DNA of 64,000 nt from an uncultured Bdellovibrionales bacterium (GTDB taxonomy: Bacteria; Patescibacteriota; Minisyncoccia; Moranbacterales; GWC2-37-73), in the NCBI GenBank assembly GCA_964484505.1, contig CAZAFB010000003.1, forward strand, positions 37,044 through 101,043, read 5' to 3'. The translations under genes and the position numbers were made by a program. Under the pieces are notes generated by a model. That model saw nothing but the letters and a program-made list of their open reading frames with translations. It was not told where the DNA came from and made no database searches. The first letter of the stretch is position 1, and each line of letters starts with the position of its first letter. Of this stretch, positions 48,674-58,281 are shown in pieces.

Positions 48674-50131
48674 ATGATTCGCGAAGACATACTCCAAACC
48701 AAACTTGAAAAACTAAACAACATACGTGAGGCTGGCATGGATGCATATCCGGAAAAGACGATGCGTGATTTCAATAGTGCTCATGCCTTGAGTAAGTTCG
48801 ATGAACTTCAAGGAAAGTCGATAACGTTAGTTGGTCGGGTGCGTTCAATGCGTCCCATGGGTGGCTCTGCTTTTGCGCATATTGAAGATGAAAGTGGTAA
48901 GATTCAGTTGTTTCTCAATAAGAGCAATATGGATGAATCCTTGTTTAAAATATTCGTGAAGAATGTGGAACTTGGTGATTTTGTGCAAGTTAGTGGTGAA
49001 TTGTTTTTGACAAAGAGCGAAGAAAAATCTTTAAAAGTGACCGATTGGAAAATGCTTTCCAAAAACATGCGCCCTATTCCGACGGAGCATTTCGGTATCA
49101 AAGATGAAGAAGAACTTTTGCGTCGCAGATATCTTGATTTGATGACGAATGACGAGACGCGTGAAATGTTCCGTAAGAAAAATATTTTTTGGCAAACTGT
49201 GCGCAAACTCCTTAGCGAAGAAGGATTTTTGGAAGTTCAGACACCTGTACTTGAACATGTGCCTGGTGGCGCTGATGCCGAGCCATTTATTACACACCAT
49301 AATGCACTGGATCAGGATTTTTTTATGCGTATCTCTTTGGAGTTGGCTTTGAAGAGACTTTTGGTTGGCGGTTATGAAAAAGTTTTTGAAATCGGTCGCG
49401 TGTTTCGCAATGAGGGAATCGATCGTCAACATTTGCAAGAATTCGATCACATGGAATTCTATGCGGCATATTGGGATTTGGAAAAAGGCATGGAATTTTC
49501 GGAAAAGTTTTATCGCGAAATCGTGCTTGCAGTTCTGGGGTCATATCAACATAAATATGATGACGAGATAATCGATTGGGAAAAGCCGTTTCCGCGAGTC
49601 GATTATTTCGAAACTTTCAAAAAAGAAACTGGAATCGATTTATCCGAAGAAGTGACTGTTGAGCAGCTTCGCGCGAAGGCGGAGGAACTGGGAATTAAAT
49701 ATGACACGGCTGCCGGCAAAGGAAAGATGATTGATACGATTTATAAAAAAACCGTGCGCCAAAAAATGATCCAGCCTTGCATTTTGGTCGGACATCCTTT
49801 GGACATTTCTCCTTTGGCCAAGAAAGATCCGACAAATCCCAAAAAAGTTTTGCGTTTCCAAGTTGTTGCCGGTACGGCAGAGCTTTGCAATGCCTTTGCT
49901 GAACTAAATGACCCGATCGATCAAAGAGAGCGTTTTGAACAGCAGATGAAATTGCGTGAAGCGGGTGACGCGGAAGCGCAAATGATCGATGAGGATTTTG
50001 TGGAAGCACTGGAATATGGCATGCCGCCGGCATTCGGCTTCGGTTTTTCGGAGCGCTTCTTCTCATTTCTCATGAACCGCTCAATCCGCGAGACCGTTAT
50101 TTTTCCACCGATGAAGGAAAAAGGGGAATAA
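48674..50131 (+). CDS. lysS: Lysyl-tRNA synthetase (class II)
   Basis: OB anticodon-binding N-domain and class II motifs (FRNEG, GGADAEPF). Confidence 0.9.
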   Translation: MIREDILQTKLEKLNNIREAGMDAYPEKTMRDFNSAHALSKFDELQGKSITLVGRVRSMRPMGGSAFAHIEDESGKIQLFLNKSNMDESLFKIFVKNVELGDFVQVSGELFLTKSEEKSLKVTDWKMLSKNMRPIPTEHFGIKDEEELLRRRYLDLMTNDETREMFRKKNIFWQTVRKLLSEEGFLEVQTPVLEHVPGGADAEPFITHHNALDQDFFMRISLELALKRLLVGGYEKVFEIGRVFRNEGIDRQHLQEFDHMEFYAAYWDLEKGMEFSEKFYREIVLAVLGSYQHKYDDEIIDWEKPFPRVDYFETFKKETGIDLSEEVTVEQLRAKAEELGIKYDTAAGKGKMIDTIYKKTVRQKMIQPCILVGHPLDISPLAKKDPTNPKKVLRFQVVAGTAELCNAFAELNDPIDQRERFEQQMKLREAGDAEAQMIDEDFVEALEYGMPPAFGFGFSERFFSFLMNRSIRETVIFPPMKEKGE

Positions 50132-50133
50132 TA

Positions 50134-51228
50134 ATGAGTAGTATGAATATTGCAAAGCCAAGTGCGAAAATACTTTTTGTAACTAGGGGCAGATCATCGA
50201 GGGGTGGTCATGTGGTTTTAGTAAATATAGTCAGAGAATTGCGTAAAGAAGGGTATGATGTGACACTGACAGTCTTTGAATCAAAGAAGCAGATGAAGAA
50301 AGTTGTTCCATACTGGGAAAGTATGGACGTTAATTTTGTGGAAATTCCGCATTTGAAAGAACGAAATTCGGAACAAATTGAACATGTTAAAGCTATATCT
50401 AAATATATTCGGGAAAACGTGGATAGCTTTGATAAAATAATTTTAGACAGTTGGATTACAGCGTTGGCTGTGGCACGAGAATATATATTTTCAGACAAGA
50501 TATGGCAGCTCGTGCAAAGTGATCCTCTTTTTGTTCCAGAAAATGAATCAGTATTTTGGAAGGCGGAGTTGCTTGGTTTATTGCCGCTTACTCCTATGAA
50601 CAGAATCATTGTTTCTGAAACATTAGCAAAGCATCTTAGCAAAAGATATAAAAAAAAGTTCGAATATCTCAGTTTGTTTTTGGATGAGAATTATTTAAAA
50701 TGTAAATTTGATGTTGGGGAAAGTGAAATCTTGAAAATAGTTTCATCAAGTGCAACTTTTAATATCCCAACTAAGGGACTTGATTTTTTGTTGGATCAAT
50801 TGAAAAAAATTAAAGATTTTAAATTCGAGTTAACCCTTATTTCCGGGGAAAAAATAGAAAAAGATTTAAGCGAGTATCCTTTTCCTATTAAAATAACAAG
50901 TACGAAAAACTCACTTGAAATGGCTCAGGAACTTTGTAAGCACGATGTTTATGCAAATACATCAACAAAAGAATCTTTTTGTTTGGCACTTGCTGAAGCA
51001 ATCGCAATCGGAATGCCTGCAATTGCGCTTGATTCCATAGGAAATCGCGAATATATGGATGGAAATAATGCAATCTTCGTTGATAATCCTAAAGATTTTA
51101 TTACAGGACTTTTAAAAATGAAAGATGTAAAATTTAGGAAAGGGCTGAACGTAAAAGCAAGAGAAAGCATGAAAAAATACAAGATAAAAAACACAATCAA
51201 AGAATTTAAAAAAATCATTGAAATATAA
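50134..51228 (+). CDS. Glycosyltransferase family 1 (GT4-like)
   Basis: C-terminal GT-B signature ESFCLALAEAIAIGMPAIALDSIGNREY. Confidence 0.75.
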   Translation: MSSMNIAKPSAKILFVTRGRSSRGGHVVLVNIVRELRKEGYDVTLTVFESKKQMKKVVPYWESMDVNFVEIPHLKERNSEQIEHVKAISKYIRENVDSFDKIILDSWITALAVAREYIFSDKIWQLVQSDPLFVPENESVFWKAELLGLLPLTPMNRIIVSETLAKHLSKRYKKKFEYLSLFLDENYLKCKFDVGESEILKIVSSSATFNIPTKGLDFLLDQLKKIKDFKFELTLISGEKIEKDLSEYPFPIKITSTKNSLEMAQELCKHDVYANTSTKESFCLALAEAIAIGMPAIALDSIGNREYMDGNNAIFVDNPKDFITGLLKMKDVKFRKGLNVKARESMKKYKIKNTIKEFKKIIEI

Positions 51229-51329
51229 AAAAGTTTTATTTGTGTTGGAATGTGAATGAAGTAAAAATAAATTTTTATTTTAGAATCTGGTCATTATTAT
51301 GAGATAATGTCAAAATTCTACTACTGAAT

Positions 51330-51578
51330 ATGCAGTGTAAAAGAGAAGAGAATTTGGCGAATTGCCCATGCAGTTATCCTGACTGTCCGCGAAAGGGCAA
51401 GTGCTGTGATTGCGTGAGTCATCATCGGGAAAAGGGTGGGATCCCGGCGTGTTTTTTTCCGATTGAGGCGGAAACGGAAACAATGAATGATCGCAGCGTG
51501 GAAAGTTTCATCAAGGCGTATCAGAAATCAAAGGGAACGAATAATGCGGAGGTTCTTAATGTGGATGAAATTATCTGA
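51330..51578 (+). CDS. Small Cys-rich protein, putative metal-binding
   Basis: CPCSYPDCPRKGKCCDCVSHH cysteine cluster. Conserved-looking but of unknown function. Confidence 0.45.
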   Translation: MQCKREENLANCPCSYPDCPRKGKCCDCVSHHREKGGIPACFFPIEAETETMNDRSVESFIKAYQKSKGTNNAEVLNVDEII

Positions 51579-52725
51579 TTATACACGAATCTACAAATTA
51601 ACTGCGAATCTACAAATGAAAAATCTTTTGATAAAAGTGGCGATTTGGTTGGTGGTGGTGAATGTGTTTGCGTTTGCCGCGCTGAATCGTTTTAATCTTG
51701 AGCCTGACACGGCATATACTTGGATCACACCTTGGAGTTTTCCGGTGCCGCACGAATCAGGATTGGTGGACATGCATAATCGCTGGGATTCCTATTGGTA
51801 TCACGACATCGTGCAGAATGGCTATTATTCACGTGGTGATGGGCAATTAGCGAACGTGGTTTTCTTTCCGCTTTATCCATTCCTCATCAAAGTGATGATG
51901 CTTTTCACTTTTGGTAATTTTTCTTTGGCTGGGTGGCTCGTGAGCACCATTTTCCTTTTTCTTTCGTGCGCATATATCTATAAATTCGTCAAAGAATTTC
52001 ACAAAGATGTCGATCCGGAATTGCCGGTTTTGCTCATGCTCATTTTTCCGACAGCCTTTTTTCTGAATGTCATTTACACTGAATCGACTTTTTTGTTCAT
52101 GACGATCGCGACTTTTTACTGGGCATTCAAAAAGAATTTCAAACTAGCGGCATTGTTTGCATTTTTGGGCGCGCTGACTCACAGTAATGGCATGTTTTTG
52201 GCGCTGCCGGTTTTGTGGAAAATGTGGGAGAATGTCGGCTGGAAAAATTGGAAAAGCTTGCTTTCTTGGAAATCTTGGCCGATTTTAGTTGCACCATTGG
52301 GGACGTTTCTTTTCGTGGCATATGATTATTTGAAATTCAAAGATCCGATGCTGTTCTTCAAAATCCAGAGCGCTTGGGGAAGATCATTTTCCATCAATTG
52401 GGATCATTTCTCCCTTTTTTCACACCCGTCGATCACCAACATGTATATCGATATTGCGCTGGCAATATTCATTATTGCAGCGACAATATTGATTTGGAAA
52501 AAACTTTCGCCGCTTTATGCGCTGTTCATGTCCGCCACGCTGTTTGCGGCATTTTCATCCGGAACCTTGATGAGCGTGGGGAGGTATAGTCTGACAATGT
52601 TTCCACTTTTCATATTACTAGCCAAAATCAAAAATAAAAACGCCATGTTCGCCTGGTGTCTTATCTCAGGTTTGTTTTTCGCTCTGGATATTATTTTGTG
52701 GGTGAATAATTATTGGGCGGGGTAA
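51547..52725 (+). CDS. Integral membrane glycosyltransferase (GT-C, DUF2029/mannosyltransferase-like)
   Basis: Multiple TM helices; WDSYWYHDIVQNGY and FFPLYPF motifs typical of PIG-V/GT87-like GT-C enzymes. The start is uncertain (51547 to 51568). Confidence 0.5.
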   Translation, partial: RRFLMWMKLSDYTRIYKLTANLQMKNLLIKVAIWLVVVNVFAFAALNRFNLEPDTAYTWITPWSFPVPHESGLVDMHNRWDSYWYHDIVQNGYYSRGDGQLANVVFFPLYPFLIKVMMLFTFGNFSLAGWLVSTIFLFLSCAYIYKFVKEFHKDVDPELPVLLMLIFPTAFFLNVIYTESTFLFMTIATFYWAFKKNFKLAALFAFLGALTHSNGMFLALPVLWKMWENVGWKNWKSLLSWKSWPILVAPLGTFLFVAYDYLKFKDPMLFFKIQSAWGRSFSINWDHFSLFSHPSITNMYIDIALAIFIIAATILIWKKLSPLYALFMSATLFAAFSSGTLMSVGRYSLTMFPLFILLAKIKNKNAMFAWCLISGLFFALDIILWVNNYWAG

Positions 52726-52770
52726 AAATTAGCTTATAGCCTCACTAGCTTTTAGCTTTTAGAAAAATGT

Positions 52771-53439
52771 ATGAAGAAAGTTTCCAAAAAACTAATGGGG
52801 GATATTGAGGTGGAGGCAAAAAAATATTTTGAAGGTGCTAGTGGGTGCCATGATTGGTCGCATATTGAGCGTGTGCGAAAATTAGCCTTGCATATCGGAA
52901 AAAATGAAAAAGCGGATTTGGGAATTTTGGAAATTGCGGTATTACTTCATGATATCGGTCGCAAAGGAGAAATGAAGGCAAAAGGAATTTTTTGCCATGC
53001 AGAAGCTGGGGCGAGGACAGCTCGTAAAATTTTGAAGAAATACAAATTTAAAGAAGATCAAATTGAGAAAATCACACATTGTATTGAAGCGCATCGTTAT
53101 AGAAACGCTCATGTTCCACAAACAATTGAAGCCAAGGCTTTATATGATTCCGATAAACTGGATTCTATTGGTGCCATAGGTGTAGCGCGTGATTTTCTTT
53201 TTGCTGGAAATGCGGGATCAAATTGTTTGTATACGGGAAATGAAAAAAAATTGGCTAAAAGTGGCAAGGATTACTCATATACAAAAGAAGATTCTGCCAT
53301 TCTGGAATATGAAATAAAATTAAAGCGCATCAAAGACAAAATACTTACAAAAACAGGAAAGCAGATAGCCAAAGAGCGACATAAATTTATGAAGCAATAT
53401 TTCGAAAGATTTTGGAAAGAAGTTGAAGGTAAAATTTAA
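52771..53439 (+). CDS. HD-domain phosphohydrolase
   Basis: H ... HD motif (DWSHIERV ... LLHDIGR). Confidence 0.8.
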   Translation: MKKVSKKLMGDIEVEAKKYFEGASGCHDWSHIERVRKLALHIGKNEKADLGILEIAVLLHDIGRKGEMKAKGIFCHAEAGARTARKILKKYKFKEDQIEKITHCIEAHRYRNAHVPQTIEAKALYDSDKLDSIGAIGVARDFLFAGNAGSNCLYTGNEKKLAKSGKDYSYTKEDSAILEYEIKLKRIKDKILTKTGKQIAKERHKFMKQYFERFWKEVEGKI

Positions 53440-53451
53440 ATTTTAAAAAAC

Positions 53452-53686
53452 ATGCAAATCGAATACGAGGCTACGTTTTCTGATATCGATAAAGATGAAA
53501 TTCGCGGAAGATTAAAATCTGTCGGTGCCGAGTTAGTGAAGCCGGAATTTATGCAAAAGCGGTTTTTGGCGCGGTCGATCAGCAATACAAGGAAAAATAT
53601 GGCATTTCAGAAGAAATTATCAACAATGTGATTTTGGAAATAACGTTCAATGGTGAAAATCCGTTTGTCAAATTCAAAAAATAAAA
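53452..53686 (+). pseudogene. Possible frameshifted or truncated CYTH-like (CyaB/thiamine triphosphatase family) gene remnant
   Basis: MQIEYEATFSDIDKDEIRGRLKSVGAELVKPEFMQKR resembles a CYTH N-terminus (EIExKF). After a +1 shift the frame continues as VFGAVDQQYKEKYGISEEIINNVILEITFNGENPFVKFKK. The total is far shorter than a CYTH domain. Confidence 0.3.
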
Positions 53687-53689
53687 ATT

Positions 53690-54727
53690 ATGCGGAGGTT
53701 GAAACAGGGGGTGAGAGAAATTAAGCACGTTTTGGTAGAAAATAAAATTTTTAAGCGCCCTTTGATCAAAAGATTTTGCAGTAAGCGATTTATGCCGCTA
53801 CGCATTTTTTTAGTCGTAGTTGCTTGTTCTGTGGTCGCCTTTAGTTATCAGCAAAAAAATCTTGATACTATATATGCGAATTACCCATTACCTAAGCCGC
53901 AGGAAATCGTTTCCTATCCCGATGCAAAATTGTCTATTGGGCTGATCAATGACATTCATGCGCTAGCCAAAAGTTATGGCAAGGGATACATACTCTCACC
54001 AAGATATAAACTAACAGTGGAAGAATTCACAGAGACAATGCGCGATGATTTCAAGCCTGATTTCATGGTGGCAAATGGCGATGTGATTGATGGCACCTAT
54101 CAGGAACCGAACGAGGGCATGGCTATTCTTGGTATGCTCAAGACAATTTTTGAAAAGGCGGGAATGCCGGCATATTGGGTTATTGGAAATCACGATTTAC
54201 GCAGTCTCAGTGACGAGCAATGGTTGTCTGCATTAGAAATAGATTATTTAGACAAGGCTTTTTTCGTCGGTGATTACAAAATTATTCTGATGGATAGTCA
54301 ATATAGCTCTGGTGGAAGAATTGAGGGGGATGATGAAAAAAGTTCGGATGGTATTCTGTTTAGTGATAAACAGAAAAAATGGTTAGAAAAGGAGCTTCAA
54401 AATACTCGTAAAATTCCGGTCGTATTTATGCACAACCCGCCTTTTGAATATATAGATAATAAACCCTGCGGCGCCAGTGCCCAGGAAGCTGCTTATTTAC
54501 AGGATATGTTTGCGCGCTATCATGTAGCGGCGGTATTCGCGGGGCATATTGAAAAACTTTTTCACCAAAAGATTGGCGGGGTTGATTATTATGTTCTTCC
54601 TGGAATTAAAAAAAATGGTGTTTATTTTGGCACTTTTTCTGAAATAACAATGACGCGCAGGCACGCTGAAGTCGATCTGTTCTATCGCGATGCGGCTAAT
54701 AATGAGAAGATTGAGAGGGTGGAATAG
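53690..54727 (+). CDS. Calcineurin-like metallophosphoesterase
   Basis: GLINDIHA, GDVIDG, GNHD and GHIEK metal-binding motifs. Confidence 0.75.
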   Translation: MRRLKQGVREIKHVLVENKIFKRPLIKRFCSKRFMPLRIFLVVVACSVVAFSYQQKNLDTIYANYPLPKPQEIVSYPDAKLSIGLINDIHALAKSYGKGYILSPRYKLTVEEFTETMRDDFKPDFMVANGDVIDGTYQEPNEGMAILGMLKTIFEKAGMPAYWVIGNHDLRSLSDEQWLSALEIDYLDKAFFVGDYKIILMDSQYSSGGRIEGDDEKSSDGILFSDKQKKWLEKELQNTRKIPVVFMHNPPFEYIDNKPCGASAQEAAYLQDMFARYHVAAVFAGHIEKLFHQKIGGVDYYVLPGIKKNGVYFGTFSEITMTRRHAEVDLFYRDAANNEKIERVE

Positions 54728-54897
54728 ATTAGGGCTTATGCGTTTACCAATTTTTCAGGTGTTTCAAAAAGCTCCACTTTTTGAGTAGCTTATGCCTTGT
54801 CTAAAGTCGAGCTTTGGGCAAAGTCAGAATTTCTAAACATATAGGTGTTATATTCGTACATTTGTATTTTTGTAACATTTTGTAATTTTATAGAACA

Positions 54898-55305
54898 ATG
54901 AAAAGAGTTCTTGTTTTCGGCACGTTCGACATTTTCCACGAGGGACATCGTGATTTTTTGCGGCAGGCAAGAAAGTACGGCGATTTTTTGTGCGCCGTGG
55001 TGGCGCGCGATGCTACGGTGGTTGAAGTGAAAGGCATTCCGCCGCAAAATGACGAACAAATCAGACTTGCCACTTTGAAAAACAGTGGCTTGGTTGATGA
55101 AGTGATGTTGGGAAGTTTGGATGATAAATATGAAGTGATAAAAAAATATGCCCCGGATGTGATTTGTCTTGGTTATGATCAGAAATTTTTTATAGATAAT
55201 TTGCGAGGCAAACTAGATAAATTGGGCTTGCAAAATACGAAAATCATAAAATTGAAACCGTATCATCCAGAGGAATATAAATCTTCAAAATTAAGAAATC
55301 ATTGA
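54898..55305 (+). CDS. Cytidylyltransferase-like nucleotidyltransferase (HxGH superfamily)
   Basis: GTFDIFHEGH matches the (H/T)xGH nucleotidyltransferase motif. 135 aa. Confidence 0.6.
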   Translation: MKRVLVFGTFDIFHEGHRDFLRQARKYGDFLCAVVARDATVVEVKGIPPQNDEQIRLATLKNSGLVDEVMLGSLDDKYEVIKKYAPDVICLGYDQKFFIDNLRGKLDKLGLQNTKIIKLKPYHPEEYKSSKLRNH

Positions 55306-55466
55306 GAAGCGACTCTAATACGCGAATGCGTCACCCTAATGACTCGAATGCAAAATACGCATAATCTGCAAGACAAATGTGCGCGTACTTAAATGCTTTT
55401 ATGCTTGTATGATTGTATGTTTCATAAAAAGTGAAATATGAAAAAATTTTCTTTGTAGTATATGAC

Positions 55467-55603
55467 AGGTTCGTAGTTCAGTGGCAGAGCAGCATCCCGG
55501 GTGAAATGAAGAGTGGTTGATGGACAAAAAGGGGGAATTTAGATTGTCGAACAACCTCTCCGTGTGGGAAGCTACGTCGCTGGTTCGATTCCAGCCGAAC
55601 CAA
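55467..55603 (+). tRNA. tRNA-like gene interrupted by an insertion of about 70 nt in the anticodon region (intron-containing tRNA or disrupted pseudo-tRNA)
   Basis: Canonical 5' half (acceptor AGGTTCG, TA, D-arm GTTC-AGTGGCA-GAGC, A, GCATC) and canonical 3' half (GAAGC, var TACGTC, T-arm GCTGG-TTCGATT-CCAGC, acceptor CGAACCA, discriminator A). About 71 nt lie between the anticodon-stem halves. Confidence 0.4.
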
Positions 55604-55814
55604 CAATTTTAAACGGCATTCTTGCAGGGAGCCGTTTTTTGGCATAAAATAAGGATGTATATTCACCCCGTTAAATAATCCATAAATTCTTTCCAGGAAT
55701 ATATGGATTAAGATTTGATTGACGGGGCGCTGTATTCGTGTTTAAAATATTTTTAAAATTTATTTTTATAAGTTGCTTTCTTTTATAGAAATCAAATCTT
55801 ATTTAACAGGGTAA

Positions 55815-57146
55815 ATGTTAGACATCAAATTTATCAGGGAAAACAAGGAAAAAATCATGGAAGCTGCGATCAGGAAAAACATTGACCTGAACGTGGAAGC
55901 GCTTTTGGAAATTGACGCGCAAAGAGTTGCCTTGATGCAAGAAATCGAAGAACTTAATTCGCTCAAAAATGACATCAATGATTTGATCAAGCAATCGAAG
56001 GACGAAAGTGAGCGCGCAGAAATCATTGAAAAGGGTAAGGAAATAAAAGCAAAATTAGAAGAAAAAGAACCGCGCTACAAAGAAGTGAAACAAATGTTTG
56101 ACACGTTCATGGTGCAAGTGCCAAACATTATTTCTGAAGACACGCCAATTGGCAGGGGAGAGGAAGAAAATGTTGAAGTTGAAAAATGGGGCGAAGTTCC
56201 AAATTTTAATTTTACGCCAAAAGATCATATCCAGCTCGGAAAAGATTTGGACGTGTTGGATTTGGAAAAGGGTGCTAAAATTGCCGGATATCGGGGGTAT
56301 TATGTAAAGAACGAAGGCGTTTCTTTGATGATGGCGCTGATGATGTATGCCTTGAACAAGATGATAGAGAGGGGCTACACGCCGATGATTCCGCCGACAT
56401 TGGTAAAAGGATTCACCTTGTTCGGCACGGGATATTTCAAAGGATCTGAATATGATCCCAAGGATGACAATGTCTATCAGCTTGCCTCACGCGACGAAGA
56501 AGCTGACGGGAAAGAAACAAAAGAACGAAAATTTTTGGTGGGAACGGCGGAGCCTTCACTTTTGGCATATTTTTCAGACGAAGTTTTAAAAGAAGATCAA
56601 TTGCCGATCAAGGTTGCTGGATATTCGCAGTGCTATCGCTCCGAGATCGGTACATATGGCAAAGATACACGTGGCTTCTATCGTGTGCATGAATTTATGA
56701 AAGTGGAACAAGTCGTGCTGATGGCGGCGGATGAAAAGGAGTCGATCAAAATGCATGATGATATGTTTGCGATCTCCAAAGAGATTCATCAGGAACTTGG
56801 CTTGCCATATCGCGCTTTGCAAATTTGCTCAGGAGACATGTCTGCTGGAAAATATCGTGCGTTTGATATTGAAGCTTGGATGCCGGGACTCAATCGTTGG
56901 GGCGAAACGGGATCAGCTTCAAACTTTTTGGATTGGCAGGCGCGTCGTTTGAATGTGAAATATGTGGACAAAGATGGTAATCGCAAGCATGTCTATATGC
57001 TTAACAATACCGTGCTTCCTTCGCCGCGTCCGTTCATCGCGATTTTGGAAAACTTTCAACAAGCCGACGGCTCGGTTGTTATTCCGGAAGTTTTGAGGAA
57101 ATATATGCCGGGAGGGATGGAAAGAATTTTACCTAAAAAAGCCTAG
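55815..57146 (+). CDS. serS: Seryl-tRNA synthetase
   Basis: N-terminal coiled-coil arm and class II core. Confidence 0.9.
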   Translation: MLDIKFIRENKEKIMEAAIRKNIDLNVEALLEIDAQRVALMQEIEELNSLKNDINDLIKQSKDESERAEIIEKGKEIKAKLEEKEPRYKEVKQMFDTFMVQVPNIISEDTPIGRGEEENVEVEKWGEVPNFNFTPKDHIQLGKDLDVLDLEKGAKIAGYRGYYVKNEGVSLMMALMMYALNKMIERGYTPMIPPTLVKGFTLFGTGYFKGSEYDPKDDNVYQLASRDEEADGKETKERKFLVGTAEPSLLAYFSDEVLKEDQLPIKVAGYSQCYRSEIGTYGKDTRGFYRVHEFMKVEQVVLMAADEKESIKMHDDMFAISKEIHQELGLPYRALQICSGDMSAGKYRAFDIEAWMPGLNRWGETGSASNFLDWQARRLNVKYVDKDGNRKHVYMLNNTVLPSPRPFIAILENFQQADGSVVIPEVLRKYMPGGMERILPKKA

Positions 57147-57270
57147 TTTTGGAGTTATCCACAGAGAAAGGGTTGAGTGATTTTTGTTATAGTGATAAAA
57201 TATCACTATAATCCATAAAATATACCCCAGTTAAATGTTGTACTTCGTGCAATTTAACGGGGCAAGCAAC

Positions 57271-58095
57271 ATGGAAAACACAAAAATCGTTTTATTTAGA
57301 GGAAAGGGAATTAGAAAGACTATTTACAAAAATGAATGGTATTTCTCAGTCGTTGATATTATTGAATCTCTGACTGATTCAAAAAACGCTACAGATTATT
57401 TAAAAAAATTGCGCAAGAGAGATGTGGAAGTCGGATCGTACATAGGGACAAATTGTCCCCAGGTAGAAATGGAAACTGAAACTGGCAAAAAAAGAAAAAC
57501 ACTTGCGGGCAATGTTGAGCAGCTGTTTCGTATCATACAATCGATTCCATCGCCGAAAGCGGAACCAATCAAACGTTGGTTAGCAAAAACAGGATATGAA
57601 AGAATAGAGGAAATCGAAAATCCGGAATTGGCGACGAAGCGGACAAGGGTTCTGTATAAGCTCAAAGGATATTCGGATGATTGGATTGAAAAGCGGGTGC
57701 GGGGAATTGCAATTCGTGAAGAATTGACTGACGAATGGAAAAACCGCGGAGCTGACGAGCAAAGAGATTATGAAATTTTGACTGCGGAAATTTCCAAAGC
57801 TACTTTTGGGATTACGCCCAGTGAATACAAAAAACACAAGGGGCTGGAGCGTGAAAATTTGCGTGACCACATGGACGATTTCGAATTGATCTTCACAATG
57901 CTTGGTGAAAGATCAACCACGGAGATTCATCGCACGGAAAATTCGAAAGGTGTTGCAAAATTGAAGGCTGATGCCAAGGCAGGTGGAGATATTGCAGGTG
58001 GGGCGAGGAAAAAGTTGGAAAAAAGATTGGGCAGATCAATTGTTACTAAGGATAATTATCTCAAAAAACCTCAAAATAAGAAATTGTTGAAATAA
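57271..58095 (+). CDS. Bro-N domain protein (DinD/phage antirepressor-like N-terminus)
   Basis: KIVLFRGKGIRKTIYKNEWYFSVVDIIESLTDSKNATDYLKKLRKR resembles the Bro-N / DNA-damage-inducible protein D N-terminal domain. Confidence 0.5.
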   Translation: MENTKIVLFRGKGIRKTIYKNEWYFSVVDIIESLTDSKNATDYLKKLRKRDVEVGSYIGTNCPQVEMETETGKKRKTLAGNVEQLFRIIQSIPSPKAEPIKRWLAKTGYERIEEIENPELATKRTRVLYKLKGYSDDWIEKRVRGIAIREELTDEWKNRGADEQRDYEILTAEISKATFGITPSEYKKHKGLERENLRDHMDDFELIFTMLGERSTTEIHRTENSKGVAKLKADAKAGGDIAGGARKKLEKRLGRSIVTKDNYLKKPQNKKLLK

Positions 58096-58281
58096 AATAT
58101 GCAACTGGAAAACAACAATACAAAATTTCGAAGGATTGGTTAGACTATAAAATATGAATAAAATACGGAGCTAAAGATATGGTTCACATCCGGGTTTTCT
58201 GGTTGTAGAGTGTAGTAAAAAGGAGTATAATTTGGGCATGAGTCTACTTTGATTGTTTTGGCCGCAAGGGGGTTTCGAAGT

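Noticed and set aside
55467-55603. Possibility that the tRNA-like feature is a tmRNA (T-arm GGTTCGATTCC and acceptor pairing)
   Set aside because: The total length is about 137 nt. No tag reading frame or pseudoknots fit in that space, and tmRNA is around 350 nt.
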